DNA of 64,000 nucleotides from an uncultured Hyphomicrobiales bacterium (GTDB taxonomy: Bacteria; Bacteroidota; Ignavibacteria; Kapaibacteriales; UBA2268): positions 3,613-67,612 of the forward strand of contig CAZCHH010000009.1 in NCBI GenBank assembly GCA_964498585.1. Direction: 5' to 3'. The stretch's first letter is position 1. Each line of letters starts with the position of its first letter. Below, piece by piece: positions 40,674 to 51,184 of this stretch. Under the pieces are notes generated by a model. It was not told the origin of the DNA. It searched no databases and worked only from the letters and a program-made list of their open reading frames with translations. Both the position numbers and the translations under genes were made by a program.

Positions 40674-41615
40674 CTATTCTTGGTTTTCAAGTGTCTTTAA
40701 GCACTCGTTAATACTACCGGTTGCAAGAGCTATACTCATATCTGCTGCACCATAATATAAATTAATAGTATCATCGTCTGGAGCGATAGTATAGCCACAA
40801 GGAAATACTACTTTGTTTACATCACCTTCCTCCTCGTAAGGTTCCTGAGGCCCAAATACCCATTCATTGCTGCGTTTGAGACATAATTCCGGCTTTTCCA
40901 AATCAAATAATGCAAGTCCGAGCCGATAAATACATCCGGCAGCATTTTGTTTAACTCCATGGTAAATCATTAGCCAGCCCTGCGAAGTTTCGATTAAAGG
41001 TGAAGAGATTCCAATTTTATTAGCATCCCACCATCCACCACGTCTGGCTTCCATAATCAATTTATGGCTGCCCCAGTGCCTCAGGTCCGGCGAATAAGAT
41101 ATCCAAATATGCGCTCTTGGTGAACTTACTGGACGATGAATCAATGCCCAATGGTCACCTATTCGATGAGGCAGCAGTGTCGCATCTTTATCTTCAGGAG
41201 ACATTATTATCCCATAACGCTCAAAGTCCTTAAAATCCTCTGTAAATGCCAAAGCTACTCCCGGACCATCACGTGTATAAGCAGTATAAACAACGGCGTA
41301 TTTATTCAATTCGGGAATGAATGTTATTCGTGGGTCTTCAATTCCCCATATTTCTTCAGGAAAATTTTCTGGGTCTGGCAGCATAGTTGGTTCTTTGTCG
41401 ATAATCCAACTATCAATACCGTTTTTAGAACGAGCTGCACAGAGGTGTGATTGCCCGCTTCTGCTTTCAACACGGCACAAAAGCAAAGTAGTTCCGTCTT
41501 GTAAAAAAGTAGCCCCCGGATTAAAAACACTATTAATTGGGTATGTCCAATCAGCAGCAGTTAGTATTGGGTTCAATTTATTACGTTTAAAAAGCTCTGG
41601 ATATAGATTTTTCAT
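40674..41615 (-). CDS. GH130-family glycoside phosphorylase (beta-mannoside phosphorylase-like).
   Basis: NPIL...FNPGA...DPRI motifs typical of GH130. Start trimmed to MKNLYPELF, because the longer ORF runs into a hairpin element. Confidence 0.6.
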   Translation of the reverse strand: MKNLYPELFKRNKLNPILTAADWTYPINSVFNPGATFLQDGTTLLLCRVESRSGQSHLCAARSKNGIDSWIIDKEPTMLPDPENFPEEIWGIEDPRITFIPELNKYAVVYTAYTRDGPGVALAFTEDFKDFERYGIIMSPEDKDATLLPHRIGDHWALIHRPVSSPRAHIWISYSPDLRHWGSHKLIMEARRGGWWDANKIGISSPLIETSQGWLMIYHGVKQNAAGCIYRLGLALFDLEKPELCLKRSNEWVFGPQEPYEEEGDVNKVVFPCGYTIAPDDDTINLYYGAADMSIALATGSINECLKTLENQE

Positions 41616-41694
41616 TGTGGTTTCTTTCTTTTTAAAAATATTTTTTTGATTCAAATTCAATTTAGTATTTAGCTCAGTGCTAGTTTTATACATT

Positions 41695-41914
41695 GTCATT
41701 CTAGCGTATGCCAGAATCCATCTTGGTTTTCCCTAATTAATATGGACAAAGTGATTTTTAGTCATTGGTCATTAGTAGATACTAAAAATACTAATGACTA
41801 ATAACCTATAAAAACTTTTTTTAAGATGGATTCTGACATCCGTCAGAATGACGCTTTTAGTGATGTCAATTCCATTAAAATGAAGCATTTGTTTTATCTG
41901 GAGGTTTAGAATAA
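41695..41914. repeat. D-family hairpin MITE (41695-41851) plus a reversed A element (41862-41914).
   Basis: Terminal inverted repeats gtcattctagcgtatgccagaatccatctt ... aagatggattctgacatccgtcagaatgac. Confidence 0.7.
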
Positions 41915-41947
41915 CACAAATGAAATTTATTCCAACAGAACTCAATT

Positions 41948-44239
41948 TTAAACATCAATGGTTAAAATTGAATTTTCAATTAAGCGCAGTTCAAGCAGGG
42001 AATGAAGAAAAGCAAGAGTAGATTCAGCCCCCTGATTTTCGTTCAGCCGGTCTGAATGCAAACCATCGCGGCAGCCACCGGAAATTGGGTCATAAACAGA
42101 AAGATTCAAATCATTTCTGCCTAGAAACCATTCAAATGCTCTTCGGGCTTCTTTAATCCAATTTTTATCATTTGTAATTCTGAATGCCTCAAGACAAGCT
42201 GATACCATCGTTTGCGCTTCTACTGGCTGTTGGTCAAATCTTGCTCTTTCCCCATTTTTCGAATAAAATCCATTAGAACCAATAGGAATAAAATGACCAT
42301 CAGGAGAAACAGACCTCTGCAAATCAGCCAGCCAACGAAGAGATTCTAAGCCAACATTGACCATATCCCTATTCGGAATTGACTTACCACAAATAAGTAA
42401 AGCATTAGGTAATGCAGCATTGCAATAAGACAAGCTATTTTCGAACCATCTCCAGTCATCAGTGCGATTTGCTTTATATAACGCCATTAATCTTTTTGCT
42501 AAATCCAAGCGAACGTGACTTACTTTACTATCACCAGCAAAGCGTCCAGAATATTCATATATTCCCATTAAAGCAAAAGACCAGGCACGTGGGCTTGTCA
42601 TTCCGACTATAGTTGGTAACGCCTTTTCAAAAAGCCGTCCTGCTATGCTATTTAGAGATGATATTTTTGACCTTCCGAGTACTGTTCCTAATGCCCATAG
42701 AGTTCTGCCGTGGCTATCATCAGAGCCGCTGTCTTCTAACCATTGACGTTGATAATTAAGGAAATTTCTGAAATTACCATTCTTATTATTAAGTGCGAAC
42801 AAAACAAAGGCAAGGTATCTGGAAGATAGTGTGACTGATTTTCCATTTAAAGTTTCTTCTAAAAGAATACTAACGATTAAAGCACGGGCGTTATCATCTG
42901 TTGTATATCCCTCTTCGTAATTTGGCACTGTGAAAATTGAATGTTGAAAAATCCCTGTATCGTCAGTTAATCTTAACAAATGGTCGAGTTTAAGGGGTGG
43001 TAAATCGCCCGGTCGCTCGTTTAATGTTTTTACTATTCTTACTGGCAATTTTGTTGTCAGCATACGTTCAGAGCGGGCTCGCTTAAAGCTTGTCATATAA
43101 TGCTGTGCAGTTTTTTGCCAAACCATTTCTCTTCCAAACAAATAAGCTCGTTTTCGCATTGTATGGCGACTTTGTTCGTCTTCAAGCAATCTGACGACTT
43201 GCTCTGAAATTGCATCGGGATTACGAAATGGCACCAGCACTCCCCTTTCTTCAGCAAGCATTTCTTCGGCATACCAATAAGGGGTTGAAATTACGGCTTT
43301 ACCTGCACCAAGAGTATAAGCTAATGTTCCAGAAGTTATTTGTGCTTCATTAAGATAAGGTGTAATATAAATATCTGCAGCACCAATAAACTGCACAAGT
43401 TCATCAATACTAACAAAGCGGTTATAAAATATCACCTGCTCTTCAACTCCTTTTTCCTGAGCTAACCATTGCAGTGATAATCTGTATGCTTCGCCATCGT
43501 ATCGTTTCACGTTTGGATGTGTTTCGCCAAGAACGATATACACAACATTCGGAAAACGTTCCAAAATTTTTGGCAGAGCAGAAATAACATTCTCTATGCC
43601 TTTGCTAGGCGAAAGTAATCCAAAACTTAGTAATACAATTTTTCCTTCTACTCCGAACATATCTTTATAAAAACTCGGGTCAACAAATGAAACATCTGGA
43701 ATTCCGTGATGAATCATATCAATTTTATCAGCAGATACATTATAAATCTCCTGTAAAAATTTTGAGCCACGCTCACTCATTACTATTAATCTATCAGATA
43801 GTGCTGCTACTTTTTCCAGTACTAATCGTTGTTCCGGGCTGGGGTCACGTAAAATTGTATGTAATGTTGTTACTACCGGCATACTTAGTTCACGTAAAAG
43901 AGCAATTATATGACTACCTGCTTTTCCTCCAAAAATGCCATATTCAAATTGTAAACTTACTATATCAACATTATTAATATTTAAAAAATCAGAAGCCCGG
44001 CGATAAGACTCAATATCTTTTTCAGTTAATTCAAATCTAACTCGTGAAGGATATTCATACCCTTCCTCAATGTCATTGACAGGCAAAGCAATGCAGGTTG
44101 TATTAGAAAATTCGGTTGCTATTGCTTCGCTCAGGTCGGTAGTAAATGTTGCTATACCACACATTCTTGGTTCGTAATTGCCAATGAATGCTATTCTATT
44201 AATATTAGTGTGTTTATCTTTTATTTTTGTATTGTTCAT
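41948..44239 (-). CDS. GT4 glycosyltransferase fused to a C-terminal (alpha/alpha)6-barrel glycoside-hydrolase-like domain.
   Basis: The N-terminal ~400 aa have GT4 features, with an EGFG-like region (PYLNEAQITSGTLAYTLGAGKAV). The C-terminal ~360 aa look like an (alpha/alpha)6 barrel. Confidence 0.5.
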   Translation of the reverse strand: MNNTKIKDKHTNINRIAFIGNYEPRMCGIATFTTDLSEAIATEFSNTTCIALPVNDIEEGYEYPSRVRFELTEKDIESYRRASDFLNINNVDIVSLQFEYGIFGGKAGSHIIALLRELSMPVVTTLHTILRDPSPEQRLVLEKVAALSDRLIVMSERGSKFLQEIYNVSADKIDMIHHGIPDVSFVDPSFYKDMFGVEGKIVLLSFGLLSPSKGIENVISALPKILERFPNVVYIVLGETHPNVKRYDGEAYRLSLQWLAQEKGVEEQVIFYNRFVSIDELVQFIGAADIYITPYLNEAQITSGTLAYTLGAGKAVISTPYWYAEEMLAEERGVLVPFRNPDAISEQVVRLLEDEQSRHTMRKRAYLFGREMVWQKTAQHYMTSFKRARSERMLTTKLPVRIVKTLNERPGDLPPLKLDHLLRLTDDTGIFQHSIFTVPNYEEGYTTDDNARALIVSILLEETLNGKSVTLSSRYLAFVLFALNNKNGNFRNFLNYQRQWLEDSGSDDSHGRTLWALGTVLGRSKISSLNSIAGRLFEKALPTIVGMTSPRAWSFALMGIYEYSGRFAGDSKVSHVRLDLAKRLMALYKANRTDDWRWFENSLSYCNAALPNALLICGKSIPNRDMVNVGLESLRWLADLQRSVSPDGHFIPIGSNGFYSKNGERARFDQQPVEAQTMVSACLEAFRITNDKNWIKEARRAFEWFLGRNDLNLSVYDPISGGCRDGLHSDRLNENQGAESTLAFLHSLLELRLIENSILTIDV

Positions 44240-44357
44240 TTTTTTCCTCTTTTATTAATTATTATTTAAAGTTTTTCTTTTTAAATCTCATAATATCCTG
44301 TTCAAAAGGTTTTGATATATAATCGGAGCAACCACCAGCGATAAATTCTTCGTTGCA

Positions 44358-44488
44358 CTCCTTCCCAAGTTGCACTTGGGAAGGAAGATTTCTTTAAAGC
44401 TGTGCTTTACATTACTTTCCCTAATGAATAGAAGTTAAAAGCATAACTTTTGTGAAAGTTGCCTTCCCAAGTGCAACTTGGGAAGGAG
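44358..44488. repeat. Two family-H palindromes in inverted orientation flanking about 70 bp.
   Basis: ctccttcccaagttgcacttgggaaggaag at 44358-44387 and ccttcccaagtgcaacttgggaaggag at 44461-44488. Confidence 0.55.
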
Positions 44489-44546
44489 TTCTAAAGTATT
44501 TATTTATATATATTAATAATAAAGAATTACTAATTCTCAATAGGAA

Positions 44547-46034
44547 TTAAATTAGTTTTTCGCATATTAATCGGAAATGATAGCCGTAAATTGCAAATGT
44601 TATAGACAAAGCGAACTTGTTTGGTTTTCGCACCAGTGTCCACAAAAAAATTTCCCAGTATTTAATACGTTCTTTATCTAAAATTCCCAGAATGTAAATA
44701 GACCGAATAAAAGCAAGTATGTCTTTGTAAAAATTGATAAAGCTGGTTTTATTCTTGACTTTTGGTGCTTTGTATTCTTTTAAAAATGTTTTAATTCTTT
44801 TATTAAAAAGTTCGGGTGAATAAATTTGATTCATAACATCTTTATAGCCAGAAGTTAATGCTTCAATATTCATAATTGGAATAATGTTGGTTGTTCCGTC
44901 AGTATTATCGCCGGACATACTTTCTATAATGCGTCCTTCTTTTTTGAGACGTTTATAAAGTAAAGTATCGGTCGGCGCCTGCAAAAGTCCTACCATAGCA
45001 GTAACAATACCGCTTTTTTGAACGAAATCAACAAGCCGCTTGAATGTAGAATGAGTATCGTTATCAAAACCGAGTATAAAACCAGCTTGAACCTGTATGC
45101 CGGAACGCTGAATAAGTTTGATGCAACCAATTAGGTCCCTGTTCATATTTTGCTTTTTATTGCATTCAGCAAGACTTAGCTCCTCTGGAGTTTCTATTCC
45201 AATAAAAACAGAGTTAAATCCGGCTTCTACCATAAGTTTTAAAAGTTCTTTATCATCAGCCAGATTAATTGAAACCTCTGTATTAAAAGTAATTCCCTTT
45301 TTTCCTTGTCGCCATTTAATAAGAGCAGGCAGCAAATCATTTTTAAGAATTTTTTTATTTCCGATTAAATTATCATCAACAAAAAACACACTTTTCCGCC
45401 AACCTAAATTGTAAAGAGCATCAAGTTCATTAATTATCTGCTCTGAACTTTTGGTGCGTGTTTTTCTACCGAAAAGAGTAGTAATATTACAGAAATCGCA
45501 ATTAAAAGGGCAGCCCCTTGAATACTGAATATTCATCGTTGCATAGTTTTTAAAATCCACTAATTCCCAAAGCGGGGTTGGTGTCCGTCTTATATCCGGA
45601 AATTCTTTTGTCGTATATAAATGTTTAGCATTTCCTTGCTCAAAGTCTTTTAAAAACTCAACTAATGTTATTTCTGCTTCATTTAGTACGAAATGGTCGA
45701 TTGTATCAAATTGTTCATATTCAGAAGTAAACAGGGGACCGCCAGCTACAATTTTAATCCCGGCATCATTGCATTGCTTAATCACTTGAATAGCAGACTT
45801 TTTTTGAATACTCATCGCGCTTAAATAAACATAATCTGCCCACTTCAAATCTTTTTGAGTGAGTTCATTACAATTAAGGTCAATCAATCGTTTTGTCCAA
45901 TTTTTAGGTAAAATTGCAGCTACAGTAAGAAGCCCAAGCGGTTGAGATGAAACTTTTTTATGAATGAATTTTAAAGCATGTTTAAAACTCCAAAAAGTAT
46001 CAGGAATTTCTGGATAAACGAGGAGAATATTCAT
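44547..46034 (-). CDS. Radical-SAM protein with a B12-binding domain.
   Basis: CxxxCxxC motif (YSRGCPFNCDFC). N-terminal B12-binding-like region. Start trimmed to MNILLVYPE. Confidence 0.7.
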   Translation of the reverse strand: MNILLVYPEIPDTFWSFKHALKFIHKKVSSQPLGLLTVAAILPKNWTKRLIDLNCNELTQKDLKWADYVYLSAMSIQKKSAIQVIKQCNDAGIKIVAGGPLFTSEYEQFDTIDHFVLNEAEITLVEFLKDFEQGNAKHLYTTKEFPDIRRTPTPLWELVDFKNYATMNIQYSRGCPFNCDFCNITTLFGRKTRTKSSEQIINELDALYNLGWRKSVFFVDDNLIGNKKILKNDLLPALIKWRQGKKGITFNTEVSINLADDKELLKLMVEAGFNSVFIGIETPEELSLAECNKKQNMNRDLIGCIKLIQRSGIQVQAGFILGFDNDTHSTFKRLVDFVQKSGIVTAMVGLLQAPTDTLLYKRLKKEGRIIESMSGDNTDGTTNIIPIMNIEALTSGYKDVMNQIYSPELFNKRIKTFLKEYKAPKVKNKTSFINFYKDILAFIRSIYILGILDKERIKYWEIFLWTLVRKPNKFALSITFAIYGYHFRLICEKLI

Positions 46035-46056
46035 TTTTATTTCCTTAAAATTGAAA

Positions 46057-46704
46057 TTAATTACTTCTTTGATACATTTCTTTTCTTGCTCTGTCAATAG
46101 CTGTTTGGACATTCTTAATAGCATATTTAAGGTTGTCCCCATCATTAACGACTTGTCTGGAAATAGGAACGATTGCCTCAATTCCCTTTCTGGTTAAATC
46201 GTTTGAAAGATACATCTGAATTTCTTTGCAATCGGATAAATATGCCTTGAAAGCTTCCTTAACGCCGACACTATTTTCAGCAATTCTTCCATAAATTTCA
46301 CCAAGTTCTAAACGGCGTTGCTCGCTCAAAGCTTGAATGTCAGGGTTCTTATATTCATTTCCATCTTTTTCCCATTCCTCGAAATAGTCTATACCGCGTT
46401 TTTGCATTTCGTCAGCATGATTGTTAAAATCCTTTTGCATTTTTTCCATTTTTGATGTATTTTCAGTAAATAAATCAAATGCCTTCTTTACATCAGTTTG
46501 CCCGGCTCTCATTAAATCGTCAAGCGATGCACCGGTAGCATCTAACTGAACAACTACCATTTTTATATCGTTGTCCATAGTCTGCATTGTTGTCCTTGCT
46601 TTTTCAGAACGCTGCATTCCGGTTGAAGAGCAGCCAATTATGCTCATTGCTGCAATTACAAGAATTATATAATTAATTCTTACTGATTTATTGATTGTTT
46701 TCAT
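46057..46704 (-). CDS. Hypothetical coiled-coil lipoprotein.
   Basis: Lipobox IIGCSST. 215 aa. Confidence 0.4.
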   Translation of the reverse strand: MKTINKSVRINYIILVIAAMSIIGCSSTGMQRSEKARTTMQTMDNDIKMVVVQLDATGASLDDLMRAGQTDVKKAFDLFTENTSKMEKMQKDFNNHADEMQKRGIDYFEEWEKDGNEYKNPDIQALSEQRRLELGEIYGRIAENSVGVKEAFKAYLSDCKEIQMYLSNDLTRKGIEAIVPISRQVVNDGDNLKYAIKNVQTAIDRARKEMYQRSN

Positions 46705-46740
46705 TTTAGTACCTTTTTTTGAAAAATTATAAAATAACTT

Positions 46741-46965
46741 CTATACTACTTTTCTAATATAAATAACCCAACCGAGCATAATGCTGAGGGCAAGGAAAAG
46801 AATAGATGGTGCCCACATCCAACTGATACCACTTGACCATCCTGAACCCATCATACCCCCATCTTCGATTGTAACTGATAATGCACCACCGCTGAAGAGT
46901 AGGAATAATACTATCATAGCAACAAAAACTATGATAATAATCGGTTTACTGTTTTTTGTTTTCAT
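46741..46965 (-). CDS. Small membrane protein.
   Basis: 74 aa with two predicted transmembrane helices. Sits between the lipoprotein gene and the SPFH gene. Confidence 0.3.
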   Translation of the reverse strand: MKTKNSKPIIIIVFVAMIVLFLLFSGGALSVTIEDGGMMGSGWSSGISWMWAPSILFLALSIMLGWVIYIRKVV

Positions 46966-47192
46966 AATAATGAACTACTTTCTAATTAGAAATTTAATAA
47001 TATTACTTATATTGCCCTTCGTCCCTGAATTACTCTTATTATTATTATTATAATTGCAATTACAAATATGATGTGGAGGAAACCACTCATAGTGTAAGAA
47101 CTTAACATTCCAAAAAGCCATAATAATAAAAGAACTGTAGCGATTATATATAGCATTGTATTTCCCTTTAAATTGTTTTAAAATTTTTAATT

Positions 47193-48053
47193 TTACTTAC
47201 TAATATTTAGAGGCACCGCGCCAGCCATTTCGCCGATGATATTGACTAAATCTGACCCTGTAGGAATAACAATTTTCGAGTTTTTACCAAGTGCTTCTTC
47301 GAGTGCTTCTAATTTTCTTAACAATTGGGCATTACCTACAAAGTATTTATCAGCCGCTTCATTTACCAGTTTAATTGAAGCAGCATCACCTTCTGCATGC
47401 AAGATTTTTGCCTGACGATATCCTTCTGCTTCTTTGATTTTAGCTCTTTTTTCACCATCAGCTACCGTTTCGCGTGCGGATGCGAAGTCGATTGCAGCTA
47501 CCTTTTCGTTTTCTGCTTTAACAACTTTGTTCATAGTTTCCTGAACGTCAGATGGCGGGTCTATTTCTTTTAATTCAGTTCGGACAATTTCAATTCCCCA
47601 GCTTCTGGTTTCTTCAAGAAGAGTTCGGTGCAGCTCAGCATTGATTTTGCCTCTTTCGCTGTTTGCAGATTTCAAAGTTAAAGTTCCTATTATATTTCTC
47701 AATGTTGTTCGAGCCAAATTAACAATCTGATACATATAATTATTTACATTGTAAATTGAACTTTTTACGCTTTCTTCATCTGATTTTACTTTAAAATATA
47801 CCTGAGCATCAACTCTTGCATTTAAGTTATCATTGGTAATAATTTCCTGTGGCTCAGCATCAATCATAGATTCTGTAATGTTAACCCGATACATTTTTTC
47901 AATACCCGGAATAATCCAGTGAAATCCCGGATTTGCAAACCTGCTGTATTTTCCTAATCGCTCTGTTAAACCGCGTTGAGTAGGTCTGACAATTTTTACC
48001 CCAAATAGAAAAATCAATACTATTGCCGCTATTACATATAACATTGTATCCAT
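47193..48053 (-). CDS. SPFH/band-7 (stomatin/HflK-like) membrane protein.
   Basis: N-terminal transmembrane segment plus an SPFH domain. Start trimmed to MDTMLYV, because the longer ORF is translated across a hairpin MITE. Confidence 0.75.
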   Translation of the reverse strand: MDTMLYVIAAIVLIFLFGVKIVRPTQRGLTERLGKYSRFANPGFHWIIPGIEKMYRVNITESMIDAEPQEIITNDNLNARVDAQVYFKVKSDEESVKSSIYNVNNYMYQIVNLARTTLRNIIGTLTLKSANSERGKINAELHRTLLEETRSWGIEIVRTELKEIDPPSDVQETMNKVVKAENEKVAAIDFASARETVADGEKRAKIKEAEGYRQAKILHAEGDAASIKLVNEAADKYFVGNAQLLRKLEALEEALGKNSKIVIPTGSDLVNIIGEMAGAVPLNISK

Positions 48054-48099
48054 ATCTAATCCTTTCAAAATTTTGAATATTTTTAATTGCTTTTTTATT

Positions 48100-48335
48100 C
48101 TCCTTCCCAAGTTGAATTTGGGAAGGAGGTGAAATGACATAATTAGACTGTCATTCTGACGGATGTCAGAATCCATCTTTAAAATCGTTCTTACGGTCAT
48201 TAGTTATTAGTCATTAGTTTTTATACTAATAACGAATGATAAAAAATGCAAGATAGATTCTGGCATACGCCAGAATGACAGACAAAGATGTCATTAACCA
48301 TCAGCACTTTATTCCCTCTCAAGAGTGAATTCGTA
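48100..48335. repeat. Family-H palindrome, a D-family MITE (48150-48279) and a family-E end fragment.
   Basis: gtcattctgacggatgtcagaatccatcttt ... agatagattctggcatacgccagaatgac. Confidence 0.7.
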
Positions 48336-48341
48336 AGTTCG

Positions 48342-50342
48342 TTATTTTATAACTTCAACAAATATGTTTCTGTTGTACATTCTGCCTTCAGGGTATCTAT
48401 TATCGAACGTGTATTGCATTTTAGATTGACCAATTCCGATTGCCTGAACTTTAATATTTCTGTTATCGCTCTTAAACTCATCGTCCATAATTTTCTTCGC
48501 CATATCAGCTCTTTGTTGAGAAAGGATTTGGTTACCTTCTTCAGTTCCAATAATGTCAGTATGTCCGTGAATTATTACTTTATTTCCTCTAACAACACCG
48601 GGAACAATTTCGTTTTTAATGATTTTTTCGTAAGAATAAATAGCATCTGATTCATTGTAGTCAAAAATCATCAAATACCTTGCAGCATTTTTCAATTCTT
48701 TTTCTTTAGTAAGTTTAAAAGAAATATTTTCTTCAGTTTTTTTACCACTTTTTTCTGTAATTACAATTTTTGCATTATATTTTCCACTTTCTAAAAATCT
48801 CATCATTTCAGCTGGATTAACTCTTCCGATACTATAAGCAAATGGTCCGAAGTACATTGTTTTGCCTTCGCCGGTAATAGTTACGTCCCAACTTCTAAAC
48901 GGTACGTTTTGGTCGATGAAAAATATCATATCGTTATCAATAGATGCTTCATCTCTGATTGTATATTCAACTGGTTTCACCATAAACTGATTGCTAAAAA
49001 GAAATTTTACTCTGCGGTTTTCATCGGCTAACATTGCTTTAGCGCTTTCTTCAGAATAAATGCTTCCAGATGGTTTAAATGGCGGGTCAACTTCAACGGT
49101 GATTCTATTTGGGTCAATTCCAAAAGTATTAACCAGATAATTTTTTACTTTATTTGCAGCAATTTCACCTTCTTTTTCCTCAGGGTCACTGCCACGTAAT
49201 AATAGCTTTTCGCTGGGATTCTGTCTCATCCTATCGCCATAAATATTCAACACATTATAGTAGGTTTTCATCAATTGATTTACGTTTGTTTCTTTATCAG
49301 TTAAATCACCTTTCATAAAGTTTTCAAGGTCTGACTCTTTGAAATTTTGTGCTTCTGTTTTGGTAAGCAAAGTATATCTGTTTGGTATTTCCTGACTTCC
49401 TTTGTCAAAAAAGACATAAGGATGAACAGGGAAATAGCCGGTAACATTCTTGGTTAATATTACATTATCTTCCGGCATAACAACTAAAACCTTGTTTGCT
49501 ACAATAGGAGTAGAAGGAGTTATAGGTGTATATTTTTGAGATGTTACTACATCATCAATTTGGGGAAAATCAATAGATAATTTGACACCAAACCGATAGC
49601 TTAAAGTTGACCAAATATCTGTAATCGAATTTTGTGAAGGCATACCCTCACTTTTACGTTGGTTAACAAGCCAGGAGCAATCAACAAATGGTGTTAAATA
49701 CAGGGCATTTTTTCCATTGTTCAATTCTGCAAATTTGATATCATAAGCAATTCCGCCCTGAATACCATAAGTAGCTATATTACGTTTATCCACATCAACT
49801 TCTGGTTCAGTTTCAGATTTATCTTTGTCGGGCTTATAAGTAAAAGTACCAGTAAGATTAACGTTTACAAAAGGTCCGACATGCAAACTTAAATTAGGAA
49901 TCCAATGTTGGTCAACTCTGAAAGACGGAGCAAAAGATAAATAGTTCATCTTCGTGTCAAACGATGGGATTGGGTTCTGAGTAATGTCGTTAATTAGTGC
50001 ATTTCTTTCATCATAACAAATTCTGAATTGAATTCCCCACCAGCTATCAGAAAGATATAGACCAAAAATACCTGCGTAAACGCCAGTTCCGGTTCCATCT
50101 ACACGGTCAATATGCCCATCAGCAGAATGGAAATTATTATCCCATAAACCAGTGCTAAGGTTTTGATGTAAGGATTGCCAGCCCAATGATGCTTTATTGT
50201 GTTGAAATGCACCTGCTACACCTACTCGCCAGGATTGGTTGCGAAATTTAGTTTCCTGTGCATTTACTGAGCTAAATAATATTAGCATTAACACTAATGC
50301 TATAGTGCAACTTGCAAGAAACTGGTTTTTTAGAGTTTTCAT
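48342..50342 (-). CDS. OmpA-family outer-membrane protein (large N-terminal beta-barrel plus C-terminal OmpA domain).
   Basis: C-terminal HGHTDIIGTEEGNQILSQQRA motif of the OmpA_C domain. Confidence 0.7.
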   Translation of the reverse strand: MKTLKNQFLASCTIALVLMLILFSSVNAQETKFRNQSWRVGVAGAFQHNKASLGWQSLHQNLSTGLWDNNFHSADGHIDRVDGTGTGVYAGIFGLYLSDSWWGIQFRICYDERNALINDITQNPIPSFDTKMNYLSFAPSFRVDQHWIPNLSLHVGPFVNVNLTGTFTYKPDKDKSETEPEVDVDKRNIATYGIQGGIAYDIKFAELNNGKNALYLTPFVDCSWLVNQRKSEGMPSQNSITDIWSTLSYRFGVKLSIDFPQIDDVVTSQKYTPITPSTPIVANKVLVVMPEDNVILTKNVTGYFPVHPYVFFDKGSQEIPNRYTLLTKTEAQNFKESDLENFMKGDLTDKETNVNQLMKTYYNVLNIYGDRMRQNPSEKLLLRGSDPEEKEGEIAANKVKNYLVNTFGIDPNRITVEVDPPFKPSGSIYSEESAKAMLADENRRVKFLFSNQFMVKPVEYTIRDEASIDNDMIFFIDQNVPFRSWDVTITGEGKTMYFGPFAYSIGRVNPAEMMRFLESGKYNAKIVITEKSGKKTEENISFKLTKEKELKNAARYLMIFDYNESDAIYSYEKIIKNEIVPGVVRGNKVIIHGHTDIIGTEEGNQILSQQRADMAKKIMDDEFKSDNRNIKVQAIGIGQSKMQYTFDNRYPEGRMYNRNIFVEVIK

Positions 50343-50400
50343 AGTATTCCCTTAAATAAATTATTTATAACTGCTTTCGTTTTGAAAGTTCAGTTTCTTA

Positions 50401-50685
50401 TGAGATTCCTCACTTCGTTTCTGAATGACATCTTTACTTGTCATTCTGGCGTATGCCAGAATCTATCTTATTATTGTTCAATGCTATTCAATTTTAGCTA
50501 TTTCAAGGAAGCATTTGGGCTTGCCCAAATGTTACAAGTAAACAAGCTCACTTGCTTTCCCAAGATGGATTCTGACATCCGTCAGAATGACGCATTTTGT
50601 CATTTCCATTTAAATAAAGGTCTTTCTTTATTTGGGGGTTGCCAATGACATCTTTACTTTTCATTTTGTCATACGTCAGAATGAC
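50401..50685. repeat. C-element half, a D-family MITE with conserved core (50440-50591), a reversed A element (50598-50652) and a D-end fragment.
   Basis: Core ttcaattttagctatttcaaggaagcatttgggcttgcccaaatg... is shared with 11226-11335 and 62345-62450. Confidence 0.7.
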
Positions 50686-50780
50686 ACAAATACAATGTTT
50701 GTTTATTAATTAATAATAATATCAATTACTTACATCAATTTGGAAAGTTTAATAAGATTCTTTTAACTTAAAATACTTCA

Positions 50781-51119
50781 TTATTCGTAACCACTTTTTA
50801 TGACAGTAAGAATCATTTTAAATCGCTCGTTTGCTTTAATGATGCTTGTTTTGTGAGCTGGAATTACTATTGCCTGCCCGGTATCTAATAAATGTGAAAT
50901 TCCATTAATGATAATTTCAGCTCTTCCTTCTATTATTTGAGCAAATGAATCGAAAGGTAAAATTCTTTCAAATAAAGCTTCACCAATATCAAAAGATAGG
51001 ACACTGACATTACCGGTTGTTTTGTTTATTATTGTTTTGATAACAACTGAATGTAATTCATACTCAATAATTTCAACAGTAATAATAGCTTTTGACTTCT
51101 CTAATTCAGGATGTTCCAT
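50781..51119 (-). CDS. Cupin-domain protein.
   Basis: 112 aa with a small beta-barrel pattern. Confidence 0.4.
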   Translation of the reverse strand: MEHPELEKSKAIITVEIIEYELHSVVIKTIINKTTGNVSVLSFDIGEALFERILPFDSFAQIIEGRAEIIINGISHLLDTGQAIVIPAHKTSIIKANERFKMILTVIKSGYE

Positions 51120-51184
51120 TACAATAACCTTTCATATTTAAAAGTTACATATATGTTAATTTCCAAATAAAACTCATTTATATG

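Noticed and set aside
41616-41699. First 28 codons of the GH130 ORF.
   Set aside because: The ORF start falls inside the hairpin MITE at 41695. The start was trimmed to MKNLYPELF.
47193-48200. N-terminal 49 aa of the SPFH ORF (MTVRTILKMDSDIRQND...).
   Set aside because: The extension is translated through the D MITE at 48150-48279. The start was trimmed to MDTMLYV (48053), which has a ribosome-binding site.
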